DNA of 64,000 nucleotides, taken from Octopus vulgaris (taxonomy: Eukaryota). Made by a program: the position numbers and the translations under genes. The notes under the pieces are model-generated. The model did not search any database. It had not been told where the DNA came from and saw only the letters and a program-made list of their open reading frames with translations. Below, piece by piece: positions 51,232-64,000 of the stretch (the first letter of the stretch is position 1; the number at the start of each line of letters is the position of its first letter). The stretch is from contig OX597820.1 of assembly GCA_951406725.2 (NCBI GenBank), forward strand, positions 3,844,001 to 3,908,000. Direction: 5' to 3'.

Positions 51232-52498
51232 TTAAGTTGGTGCACCTAGTTAAACTGGAATAATATACACACGACAATAATTTGCAAATGTCAACCTTGG
51301 GGTATAAGAATCAGCAGAATGAAATCCCTATGGGGCTTGCGGAAAATTTGATTCAACGGAGTATACAATCCACCCGTGAGCTATTCAGATGTGTACACTT
51401 TATTAAATGCACAGTCTGTTATAAACTTCAGAATATGTGAAGGGCATGTTGTGAGATAGGTGAATTATATATAAATAAATAACAAATGAAGAACAGGTGT
51501 CAATCCATGGATTGACACCTGTCCTTCATTTGTTATGTCTGTGTGTCACTTCATACACGCCAGCTCAATGTGATTCGTTCTCAGTCGAAAGACACCTGTT
51601 GTTATATTCTTGTTTGTATTTGTAATTGTGTACCTTATTCTCCATTTTTTTGTCTTTGTTGTCGTACACATTTGTTAGCTTTCTTACAAAAAAGTCTAAT
51701 GCTCTTAGCTTAGCTTTTTTAGGGGCAAGCACATTGAACAAGTGTAACTGCCCAAAACAGTAAGGACTTCTGGTATACTTGACTGAGGAAAGAGGGCCAC
51801 AAATGACCCACCTTTTTCTGTCTGTCCTTCTAATTGCTGTTTCTCCTGTCTGCCTTTGTATTGTCTATCTGTCCGAATGTTTTATTGTCCTCTATTGCAT
51901 TTTTGTTCCATTTTATATTGTACACATATCAGTAATACAGTGATTGTTTCTTATCAGGAACAAACTGTTTAATAGGACTGCTATAGAAGTGCTCAATTGA
52001 ATGAGACAAATATATTAAACTATGGTTGCAGAACAAACAATATAAGGTCATCCACATAACATTTCATATCTCGAACATTTAATCACATGATTCTTTTTCT
52101 TTCACATAGAATATACATGTATAACATCACGGAAGATGCAACATAACTCATCAGTACAAGCTTATAAGAAAAATATAAGAAAAATGTGTGAATACAGTTC
52201 ATCGCGGTTAAAAGTTAACGGTTAATACTTTAGCGACTAAAAAAATATATATTTTAACATTATAACATCTAGAATAATAAATACATAAAAATATAAAGAA
52301 ATATATAAATATATAGATATATAAAAAGATATAAAAATATAGGAAACATATAAATAAATAATATATAATATATAAGGTAAGATAAAAGTTCATCGTTTAG
52401 AAATTTTTCGATTAAAAATTACTTTTCAGATAAGGGAAAACCTATTGGGAAAAGCCAGTGTCCAGGCAAAAAAAAAAAAAGGAAGAAACCATATTTAC

Positions 52499-52581
52499 AT
52501 TCCCTGTGGCCATTTCAGGGGTTCATCACCGTATTTAATGCACAAGGGTGCATCACGATAATTACTCCTTCATCAGGGGAA
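52499..52581 (-). ncRNA. Hammerhead motif with extended stem II (family F)
   Basis: TTCCC-CTGATGA-AGG...(ATGCAC cctt GTGCAT)...CCT-GAAA-TGGCCA-CA-GGGAA. Stem III looks like a decayed GAAACGGCCGTA. Confidence 0.6.
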
Positions 52582-54266
52582 AAATAAAGAAAATCTTACC
52601 TTATATATTATTTATATGTTTCCTTTTGTTACCATATTTTATTCCTTTCATCCTCATCGTCATCGTTTAACGTCCATCTTCCATGCTGGCATGGGTTGGA
52701 CGGTTTGACTGGGGATTGGCAAGCCAGGCTCCAATGTGATCTGGCAGTGTTTCTACAGCAGGATGCCCTTCCTAATGTCAACCACTCTGCTACCGGCACA
52801 TTCCTTTCTTTCAGTCAATTTTTTAGAATAATGAAATATTTAGTAAAATAATTGCCATTATTTAAGCCTGTGTTTGGAATATACAATAATGCCTCAATAT
52901 ACAAGTTAATTTGTTCCCTGAGACCACTTGTAAAGCAAAGCAATATTTCCCATGGTAGCTATGAAATTTTATGCCATCATTTTACTCTGTTGCTATATAC
53001 AGCTACATAGATGTGTCAGAACTAGTGTTGCTGCATGTTGATACATGTTGCAACATGTTGCAACATTACCACACACACAAAATGGCTGTTTAGCCTTTTT
53101 ATACCCCTTGACTGGCCCCCGTGCCAGTGGCACGTAAAAAGTACTATCCAGACATGATTGATGCCAGGCCTGCCTGGCTGGCTCCTGTGCCGGTGGCAGG
53201 TAAAAAGCACCCACTACACCCTCGGAGGGGTTGGTGTTAGGAAGAGCATCCAGCTGTAGAAACACTGTCAGATCAGATTGGAGCCTGGTGCAGCCGCTGA
53301 CTTTCCAGACCTCAGTCAAACCGTCCAACCCATGCCAGCATGGAAAACGGATGTTAAACAATGATGCTGATGTAAAATAAAACTCGTAAAGTGAGGTATT
53401 CTTGTAACTTCCTTCAATAAAAGAAAGCCAACAGCTTTGAAGCAGTTGTAATGTTCAACGGGTTCTTGTTTTGTCAACCTCTGAAAGCATGAAAGACACA
53501 TTCAACCTTGGCAGAATTTGAACTTAGACCATAAAGAGCTGGAAGAAGGCCCACTGCTGTGGATATGTGGTTAGAATGTTGCAGGAAAGGATCACAAGAA
53601 GGATTCTTCAAGTTGAACCAACCAGCAAAACACCAAGAGCAAGATGGTTGGATAAGGTCCATAGTTGCAGTTGGTCACTTTTGGGAACCCAGTTGGAAGC
53701 TATATTGACCCTTTCCTCACATGATCACTTTATATGAAAGGCGGCAAGCTGGCAGAATCATTAGCACGCTGGGCAAAATGCTTAGTGGTAATTCATCTGT
53801 CTTTATGTTCTGTGTTCAAATTCCACCAAGGTTGACTTTGCCTTTCATCCTTTCGGAGTTGGTAAATTAAGTACCAGTTGCATACAAGGGTCAATCTAAT
53901 CGACTGGCCCCCTCCTCAAAAATTTCGGACCTTGTACATACAGGACCCTGTAGAGGAGGTGCCTGAGGCTGCTACCTTGATGCTCCTTCCAGGAAAAATG
54001 GGTGGTGAATATGGTTGGATGGATTTTAATTTATATCACTTTAAGACAGTTTGTATCATAGAAGCAGGGGTGGCCATATGTGGGTTGGCGTCAAAAATAA
54101 TTTTAGCATGCCTTGTAGGTTAGTTTTGGAGGTTCACTTCTCATTTATTGTAACAAACTCCAACACAATTGCTGTCATTTCTATTGCCATATTTGTTGTT
54201 TTCTCTTTTTTCAAACTTTTCTCTTAAACCTTGATCCATCTCAAAATTTTGTTGCCGTTTTTGCAG

Positions 54267-54339
54267 TTTGCTGGCTATTCAGAAAGAGCCCTTTCTGAGC
54301 GATTGATGGGATGTGAAGCCTCTATAATTATTACTGCAG
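54267..54339 (+). CDS. ACSS2: ACSS2-like exon 4 (73 bp): FAGYSERALSERLMGCEASIIITA(D); gene probably continues beyond the window
   Basis: Acceptor tttttgcag|TTT in phase 0 continues HSIV-FAG(F/Y)S..L..R......IITAD. Donor G|GTCAGC, phase 1. I found no further exon before 64000. Confidence 0.9.
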
Positions 54340-55763
54340 GTCAGCACTTAAAGCCCACATCATAACACTTATATCAAATCTGTATAACATCTTACAGTTT
54401 ATATATATTTGATATACCTGCCTAGCTGTTGCATTTACCCTCCCCCTGTAATTGTTAATTACTTGTTCGTTGTTGTATTTTTATATATAATTGGTTCAGT
54501 TTAATTAGTTTTAAATGTTGGTTTTGTTTGGTTGTGATTTCCTTATTTACTTCACTCTGACAAAATCGTTTCAAACTGAATGAGTTGCTTTGTTTCATTT
54601 TCTATAATGCTATTTTATGTTTTTGTATTTTAAACTCTCACTGCTTCAGGAATGAAATTTTTTATTTGTAATTTTTTACGCGTAATTCTAATTTTTTTAA
54701 TTTAAAAATAACGGGTAAATGCTGATATTTTATTTTATTTTCAAAATGAAAGCAAATATTTTGTTTTTACTATCTTTTGGTTATTTAACTACAGCCATGC
54801 TGAGACGCCACCTTCTGGGGTCTTTTGTCAACTATATTGATCCTCTCCTCGCAGGATTACTTTATCTGAAAAGCAGCAAGCTGGCAGAATCATTAGCATG
54901 CTGGGCAAAATGCTTAGTGGTAATTCGTCTGTCTTTACATTCTGAGTTCAAATTCCGCTGAGATTGACTTTGCCTTTAATTCTTTCGGAGTTGGTAAATT
55001 AAGTACCAGTTGCATACTGAGGTCGATCTAATTCGACTGCCCCCCCCCCCCTAATTTTGAGCCTTGTGCCTAGAGTAGAAAAGAATATCTAATTCTTAGT
55101 GCGGCGAACTGGCAGAAACGTTAGCACGCTGGGCAAAATGCTCAGCAGTATTTCGTCTGTCTTTATGTTCTGAGTTCAAATTCCGCCGAGGTTAACTTTC
55201 CCTTTCATCCTTTTGGGGTCGATAATTTAAGTTCCAATTGCGTACAGGGGTTGATCTGATTGACTGGCCCCCTACCCAAAAATTTCGGGCCCTGTGCCTA
55301 GAGTAGAAAAGATTATTACTTTATGTGAGACTTAGTTGATCAGTCTTTTAAAGAAGAATGGCAACGTTGACTTGAGCACAGGTTTTTGAACTGAGAATAT
55401 AAAAAGAGAAAACCAAATGCCATAAGAAATATTTTATTCAACATTCTGCTGATTCTGCCGAGTCACCTGCAAATTCACATCTCTCTCTCTCTCTCTCTCT
55501 TTCTCACACACACATTTGATGAATTTCTACACAGCCCCTCTTTCTTAAATTTCACTTACAAGTGGTGCAAACTTCAGTGAATTCTTTCGGGAATTCTTTA
55601 TTCCTTACTCTACACAGACATGGACACATTCGTTCATGCATGCACAATATATTCAGAAGATGAGCATCAAAATCTATGGTTGAAAGCATTTGTCTAGGCT
55701 GCTATGCGGGGAGATCATATGTGCAACAATGTGGCTGTTAAGTAAATTTCTTAAAGACAGAGC

Positions 55764-55810
<47 letters not shown>

Positions 55811-55813
<3 letters not shown>

Positions 55814-56121
55814 CATTATATAATTAGGGCTTAGTAAAATAAATTACTTTGCTACATACTGAAATTTTTAGAAATAGCAGCCAAAAAGTTTTTTAGCTAT
55901 TTCCACTACTTTAAGAAAAGTCTCCCAGATAATGTTTACTCAAAAATAACTCACGAAGATACGGAGGGAAAACTTTGTGAGTTATTTTTGAGTAAACATT
56001 ATCTGGGAGACTTTTTCTTAAAGTAGTGGAAATAGCTAAAAAAAACTTTTTGGCTGCTATTTCTAAAAATTTCAGTATGTGGCAAAGTAATTTATTTTAC
56101 TAAGCCCTAATTATATAACGT
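55811..56121. repeat. Near-perfect palindrome of about 310 bp abutting (TA)n
   Basis: Arms of about 148 bp around the spacer atacggagggaaaa. Confidence 0.92.
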
Positions 56122-57075
56122 AATATTTTGAATACACCTTAAATGGTCCTTTTACATACTGAACACTACTTGGTGAAATTAATTAATAACTAATTGATTT
56201 TACCCTTAATTATTGATGTATATATATATATATCTATATTATCATTACTATTCAACATCCATGTCCCATGCTGGTATGGGTTGGGCGGTTTGACAAGGAT
56301 TGGATGCATTTAGCTGCAACTGCCTGTTTTGGCATGGTCTTTATGGCTGGATTCCCTTCCTAACACCAACCACTTTCAAGCGTACTGAGTGCTTTTTTCA
56401 AACCACTTGTACCATTGAGGTTGCCATGTGGCTTGCACAGCTTCAAGCTCAGAGGGTTGGGTTTCATCTATAGATATATATAATATTAAAAGATGGATAA
56501 TAAAGGAACACATGGCAAATTCACACACAACACATTGACACGCTCTTCTCTTGTCAGTCATTGCCCAAAAACCAGAACAATTTCATGTCTTTGTTCATTT
56601 TGGTGGCGTCAGCAGCAAAAGGCTGCTGGGAATGAGTGAATGTAGAGAACAATAACATTTGTTTCTCTTTTACAATTCTTGAGTTTCTGTTAGACGAACC
56701 ATTTTATTTCTATGAATGCACACTTATACATACACTGTTTATAAACTTTTATTCTTTTTTTATAGTATTGTTGTTAGAATTAGTTGTTATATTTTAATGA
56801 AAATTTGTCTTCAAAAAAAAAAAAAAGTACTTTGCATATTGTCTGCATGTTGTAGCTTCTATGTAGCTTACCTGTAAATGCAAACAATTTATACCTTGTA
56901 TTTATTAGTGCAGTGTTTCAACTGTTTTGTAATGGCAATCTCTCGTCTGTCAATGTTGTTTATGGTTCTTTCCACTGCTGTTCATAATCTTCGTCAGAAC
57001 TTTATATTCCTATTACTAAGGTGTTGCCAAAAATATCTTTGGAATCAATGTTTGGAAATTATTTATATATATATA

Positions 57076-57330
<255 letters not shown>

Positions 57331-58039
57331 AATTCTAATCATTCGAGTGAGATGAATTGTTGTTAAATGTGATTTAACAATTTCTTTTTCCGTTTCTCTC
57401 TCTTATTTCAAATATAAAAAATGCATTTATTGTCTGTTTTTTATGAATTCAAATATTTTCTTCTGCTATTAAAACAGTGAAATTTGCATTTTGAGACCAG
57501 CCTAATGTTGAAAGAAGGTTCCATTAGATTTGTTTGAAATGTTAATCTTTTGATTCGGTCTGTAACCTGCTTCAGTAAAATCTAGAGAAGGGTTATTCGT
57601 AGGACTTGTGTATAGCAAGATTTTTCACAGCAGATTGGCACCGGCATGCAAGTGGTGTTCTTCATTCCCAATATTCCAAGAAAACACATCGGGTCATAGG
57701 GAATAATTACCTGACTTGAAAACAAACGAGGGTTGGCAACAGGAAGGGCCTCTGGCCGTAGAAAATCTGCCTTAATAAATTCCATACAATCCATTCTAGC
57801 AGGTAAAAAATGGACATGACCAATATCTTACAGAAATGGTGAAGTGGTGGAGTTTACTGCTTTCCTACCATTATAAAAGTGAGAACTCTCATTAAATAGG
57901 GATGCCCCCTATAATTGCTTTTCTGTAATGAATTGGGTTTTAAATTGGCAATGCGTTTTAAAACCCAATTCATTATAGATAAGCAATGAGTAATTTCATG
58001 AGTAAACCGTCTAAACCATATTAGAAAGGTACTTGTTTA

Positions 58040-58539
58040 CCATAAATCCTCGAATATAGTCCGCCCTTGAGTATAATACGCAGGGGATTTTTAGGGGGTT
58101 GTATCTCTGAAAAACCTAAACCCTGTGTATAATATGCACCCCTTCTCTAACTTGAGTCAAGGAGATCTATGTAATGTCCTTGGTTTGTAAAAATGTATAT
58201 GGTAACGTCCTTTATTATAATTGTATATATAACATAATGCAAACGTGTAGCTTTTTTGTGCATTTTGTTTGCAGAAAATAAAGAAATAACAGTAATAACG
58301 TTTAATAAATGTTGCTTACTGCAAGTTATGGATGATTCTTTTATGACTTCATTGCTTTCAGGTATTTTCGTGCCCGACATCACAAAATACATCGGAATAA
58401 ACATTGCCGGACAGCAAATAGAGACTCGGACATTGCTTAGAAAATAATTTCCATTTTTAACCTTGTGTATAATATGCACTAGGGATTTTGACCTTTAAAT
58501 TTTTGGGAAAAAATGCAGATTATACACAAGGATTTATGG
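58040..58539. mobile_element. Tc2/pogo-like MITE (500 bp) with TA target duplication
   Basis: TA-CCATAAATCCT...TATA..CCGC / GCAGATTATA...AGGATTTATGG-TA, with internal subterminal repeats tgtgtataatatgcac. Confidence 0.8.
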
Positions 58540-59886
58540 TATTACAAAGTTAAGTGGGGCTGTTTTGGTTGTACATGATGGTGCTTCCTTAGCCAAGGAT
58601 TGAACCTACATTGGATAAATTAGTTAGGTACGACAGCCATTCATTAGAATAAATTAATTAGGTGTGAGGGCTTTTCATTGGAGACAGATTAATTATCCTT
58701 ATTAAGTTTTGGATGATTAATTACTAGATTTCTCAAAAAAAAATATAATCTGCAACATTCAGGTCAGCTTTGCTAGATTGAGATCAAAACTTATTTTTGC
58801 TGTTTCACTAAAAGCAGAAAAGATTAGTTGAAATTGTTTGAGATCGTGTGTGTGTGTTTGTGTGCGCACTTTATTATGTATGTGTTATACATAATATTTT
58901 TGTGTGATGGTGAATTTTTTATCCATTTTCATTTAACTGATTTCTTCTGTTCACAGCCATGGTTTGCTTGGAAAGTCTTGTTCCCATTTCATCTGCCATT
59001 TGAACCAGGAATATCATCTATTTTATGAATTATGTGTGTATGTATGTGTATATATGTATATATATATACACACACACAATTCATAAAATAAATGATATTC
59101 ATGGTTCAAATATATATATGTATGTATGTATGTATATCTATCTCTCTATATATATATGTGTATATATCTATCTATCTATCTATCTATATATCATCATCAT
59201 CATCATCATCATCGTTTAACGTCCGTTCTCCATGCTAGCATGGGTTGGACGGTTCGACCGGGGTTCTGGGAAGCCAGAAGGCTGCACCAGGCTCCAGTCT
59301 AATCTGGCAATGTTTCTACAGCTGGATGCCCTTCCTAACGCCAACCACTCCGTGAGTGTAATGGGTGCCTATTACGTGCCACCTGCACAGGTGCCAGGTG
59401 AGGCTGGCAACGGCCACGGTCAGATTGGTGTATTTTATGTGCCACCGGCACGGAAGCCAGTCGAGGCGGTGCTGGCATCGGCCACGAGTCGGATAGTGCT
59501 TTTTACGTACCACCAGACCAGGGATCCTGGCTGGTTCAATTCGATTTCGATTTCGCTTGCCCCAACATGTCTTCACAAGCAAAGGGGGTTGGCATGGGTG
59601 CCTGTCGTACGGTCGCATTGGAGTATTTTACGTGCCACGGCCACGAGTCGGATAGTGCTTTTTACGTACCACCAGACCAGGGATCCTGGCTGGTTCAATT
59701 CGATTTCGATTTCGCTTGCCCCAACATGTCTTCACAAGCAAAGGGGTTGGCATGGGTGCCTGTCACGGTCGCATTGATATTTTATGCCACGGCCACGAGT
59801 CGGATAGTGCTTTTACGTACCACCAGACCAGGGATCCTGGCTGGTTCATATCCGATATATATATCTATAATCTATATATCTATATC

Positions 59887-59917
<31 letters not shown>

Positions 59918-59993
59918 TTAGAGACAAAACCACTATTTTGCAAATCAAACAAGGAAAGACTTAATCAATACATAAAAAAATTTTAATATAAAT

Positions 59994-60033
<40 letters not shown>

Positions 60034-60054
60034 ATATATCTATCTAGCTATCTA

Positions 60055-60107
<53 letters not shown>

Positions 60108-60242
60108 ATGTATATATATCTATATATATGTGTGTGTGTGTGTGTATGTATATATATCTATATATATGTGTGTGTGTATGTATATATATCTATATATATG
60201 TGTGTGTGTATGTATATATATCTATATATATATGTGTGTGTA

Positions 60243-60289
<47 letters not shown>

Positions 60290-60378
60290 ATGTATATATA
60301 TCTATATATATATATGTATGTCTATATATATATATGTGTGTGTGTATGTATATATATCTATATATATATATGTATGTC

Positions 60379-60409
<31 letters not shown>

Positions 60410-60442
60410 ATGTATATATATCTATATATATATATGTATGTC

Positions 60443-60473
<31 letters not shown>

Positions 60474-60560
60474 ATGTATATATATCTATATATATATATG
60501 TATGTCTATATATATATATATGTGTGTATGTATATATATCTATATATATATATATATATA

Positions 60561-60788
60561 CCGGAGTAAACACATAAATGTGAAACAAGGTGGAAAAAAG
60601 AGTACTCAAATACCAGTGGTAGAGTAATATGCTTTATTTTAAGCAGCAGAAAATTCAACAAAATCTGTTACTCTGAGTTTCTCGTTACCATTCATCAGAC
60701 AGTTTTTGCTAGCAAAAACTGTCTGATGAACGGTAACGAGAAATTCAGAGTAACAGATTTTGTTGAATTTTCTGCTGCTTAAAATAAA

Positions 60789-60792
<4 letters not shown>
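60561..60792. ncRNA. Palindromic double-hammerhead element (family B) in (TA)n; relatives at 30240-30415 and 26075-26160
   Basis: Centre gct|agc at 60710/60711. Plus arm: AAAACTGT-CTGATGA(60723)-ACG GTAA CGA-GAAAT-TCAGA-GTA-ACAGATTTT, then AATAAA. The minus arm has GAAAC. Confidence 0.75.
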
Positions 60793-60881
<89 letters not shown>

Positions 60882-60890
60882 TATGTATGT

Positions 60891-60931
<41 letters not shown>

Positions 60932-61438
60932 TATGTATGTATATATATATATGTATGTATATATATATATGTATGTATATATATATATGTATGTATATAT
61001 ATATATGTATGTATATATATATATGTATGTATATGTATGTATGTATGTATATGTATGTATATATATATATGTATGTATATATATATATATATATACATAT
61101 ATATATGTGTGTGTGTGCGTGTGTGTGTATATATACACAGTATATATATGTATACACACACACACACACACATATGTATATGCGTATATATATACATATA
61201 TATATGTATATGTGTATATACACACATAATTATTTTTTATGTTTCTGTATTTTCAGTATTGCTTCTCTTGTTTATTTCTTCCCTTGTAGCACAATCAATC
61301 TTTTACCATTTCTTCAGCCTTCTTGGAACATTTTCTCACAATAATTTTCTCCACTCGAAAGACACATTGTTTGCATCCTCCCATCAACATGCCCCCCTTT
61401 TTTTTTATATTGTATTACATTACATTATGTTATATTAT

Positions 61439-61900
61439 ATGGGCATGGACACATTGAAACTCCGATGTCTGGCAGCTGACTTGGCAGACACCCATAAAAT
61501 TATCAACCATCGTACAAACAATAACTCTGAGCACCTCTTCAAACTCCACCCATCTAACACCCGTGGACATATTTACAAAGTAAGAAAACAGCACAGCTCC
61601 CATGACTTCAGGAAACATTTTTTGGCACGCTGAGAGTTGCTGAAGCATGGAACAAACTGCCGGCATCGGTTGTTAGTTGTCGGAGCACTGCATCCTTCAA
61701 AACTTCCATGCTTCCTGAGATTCGCCAACACTACACTTGATTTTCTCCCCTCCATACACACACAAGCATGTATCTGACTCATACATTGTTCGCTTTCCAG
61801 GCATTTCTACATTACTGCATATACTTTATATGCACTTTCTGAAGAGTTGTGGTGCACCCGAGCACTGTATACAATTAATTTCATTAATATTATTATTATT
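61439..61900 (+). mobile_element. CR1-clade LINE 3' fragment
   Basis: Reads TLKLR.LAADL...HKII....TRGHIYK...RKHF / RVAEAWNKLPASVV....ASFK. Confidence 0.85.
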
Positions 61901-64000
61901 ATATTCAGCTTTTTATGTATTTAATTAAAGAGGTAAGTACCACCCCCCTAGACTAATGAGTTCATTCATTAATACATGTGGGGAAGAAACAGGGGCTAAA
62001 TTTGTGGGTTTGAAATCCAGTAGGGCTATGAGGGGGGGAAGTGAAATTGGGCTTTAGGTTGACTTAGGACATGTTTGAACAATCAGAAATCATTAGAATA
62101 GACAGAGAGAGGAAACCGGGGATCCGGGACCCAGGAGTTGCAGTGTATCGGTGAGTGAGTGTTGACCAGTCAGCTAGATGAGGTGGGGTGTTTGCAGTGT
62201 TGCCTCAGATATTGAGTAATATGGGACCCTAATGGAGCAGCAGGGACCGAGCAAATGATGATGACTGAGACACTTTCAGATCCTGAAGAGGAAGTTTAAC
62301 CTTTGGGATATAGTTTCCACCTTCTAATGGATGGACAGATGGTTCATCATCATCATTTAACATCCATTTTTCCATGCTGGCATGGGTTGGACGGTTCAAC
62401 TGGGGTCTGGCAAGCCAGATAGCTGCACCTGGCTCCAGTCTTGATCTGGCAGAGTTTCTACAGCTGGATGCCCTCCCTAACGCCAACCACTCTGAGAGTG
62501 CAGTGGGTGCCTTTTACATGCCACCGGCACGAGGGCTAGTTAGGCGGAACTGGCATCGACCACGCTCGAATGGTGCTTTTTATGTGCCACTGGCACGGGA
62601 GCCAGTCAGGTGGCACTGGCAATATATATACATGTTGTGATAAAGAATTTGAGAGTTTTAGTTGTGTATTTTCATGTATTAATGGAGTGTTACTCTGGGA
62701 AATTCATTTTTATTATCATCTTTTAACGTGTCTTCCATACTGGCATCGGCTGGACTGTTCAACACGATTCACCAAGTGGCAAGACTGCATCAGGCTCTGT
62801 TTTGGTGCTAATTAAAAAAAGTTGTTTTTATTTCCACTGTGAAGAATTACCTGTGTGAAATCTTCTTTACCTTACCTTTGAGCTATGTTTGTTTGACACC
62901 ATCTCTGGCATTTCTTCCCATGTTATTTATCTGTAATGCATGCTCATGTCAGTACAGTTTTCCATTCCTGCATTTCTTGACCAATACCCATTCTTTGAAA
63001 CCTGACTGTTTTTTGTTTAGAATTGCTATGAAAACAACATCTCAAACTCACTTGTTTGTCTCTGAGCCATTCTTTCATCACATTGTTTATAGAAATCTAC
63101 ATTAATGTGGCGAGCTGGCAGGAACGTTAGTACACCGGGCGAAATGCGTAGCCATATTTCGTCTGTTGCTACGTTCTGAGTTCAAATTCTGCCGAGGTCG
63201 ACTTTGCCTTTCATCCTTTCAGGGTCGATTAAATAAGTACTAGTTACGCACTGGGGTCAATATAATCGACTTAATCCGTGTGTCTGTCCTTGTTTGTCCT
63301 CTCTGTGTTTAGCCCCTTGTGGGTAGTAAAGAAATAGTTATTTTGTCTGTCTTTACGTTCTGAGTTCAAATTCCACCGAGGTCAACTTTGCCTTTCATCC
63401 TTTTGGGGGAGTCGATAAACTAAGTACCAGTTGTGCACTGGGATCGATCTATTCGACTGGCTTCCTGCCCCAAAATTTTCGGGCCTTGTGCCTAGAGTAG
63501 AAAATATACAAAACTACATCACATCTTAATCATTTTTGCCTTGGGTCTGGTGAAGCTAACAAATCACGAGTATCTACCTGTCTATTATTAAATAATCAGC
63601 AAAAGTCACAGAGTGACTCAAGGGCCGAGAGTTTCATGCATTGGCATGTATCAAAACTTAGCTTAATAATTCATGTCGGAAAGAAATATAACAAGTTATT
63701 TTAAAGGAATGGTTATTCGTATTTTACCTTTGAAAGTTCCAATCAGATTGTTTGAAATCATCATCATCATCATCATTTAGCGTCCACTTTCCATGCTAGC
63801 ATGGGTTGGACAGTTCAACTGGGGTCTGTGAAGCCAGAAGGCTGCATCAGGCCCAGTCTGATCTGGCAGTGTTTCTACGGCTGGATGCCCTTCCTAACGC
63901 CAACCACTCCGTGAGTGTAGTGGGTGCTTTTTTACGTGCCACCCACACAGGTGCCAGATGGAGCTGGCAAATGGCCACGGACGGATGGTGCTTTTTACGT

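Overview
AT-rich, repeat-dense animal genomic DNA. The SINE/LINE families and the very long (TA)n, (AAT)n and (TG)n microsatellites suggest an octopus (coleoid cephalopod); this is inference only. One host gene is well supported: the first four coding exons of a cytosolic-type acetyl-CoA synthetase (ACSS2-like) on the + strand (22752-23053, 32944-33035, 41533-41636, 54267-54339). Splice phases match and the gene probably runs past the right edge. A CpG-retaining promoter zone lies at about 19.6-24.3 kb. The rest is transposon debris: RTE-clade LINEs with a PHD-like finger inside the RT region, R4/Dong-like and CR1-like remnants, four conventional tRNA-SINE families, Tc1/mariner, pogo-like and piggyBac-like MITEs, and a 0.9-kb modular minisatellite. 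The most striking unannotated signal is a set of about seven non-coding families, dissimilar in sequence, that carry minimal type-I hammerhead ribozyme (HHR) motifs of the kind found in Penelope-like elements. Most sit as head-to-head palindromes, and several abut (TA)n tracts. One family fuses a tRNA-like Pol III head to the hammerhead, i.e. a candidate ribozyme-bearing SINE. All ribozyme calls are by eye, and most copies carry core mutations.
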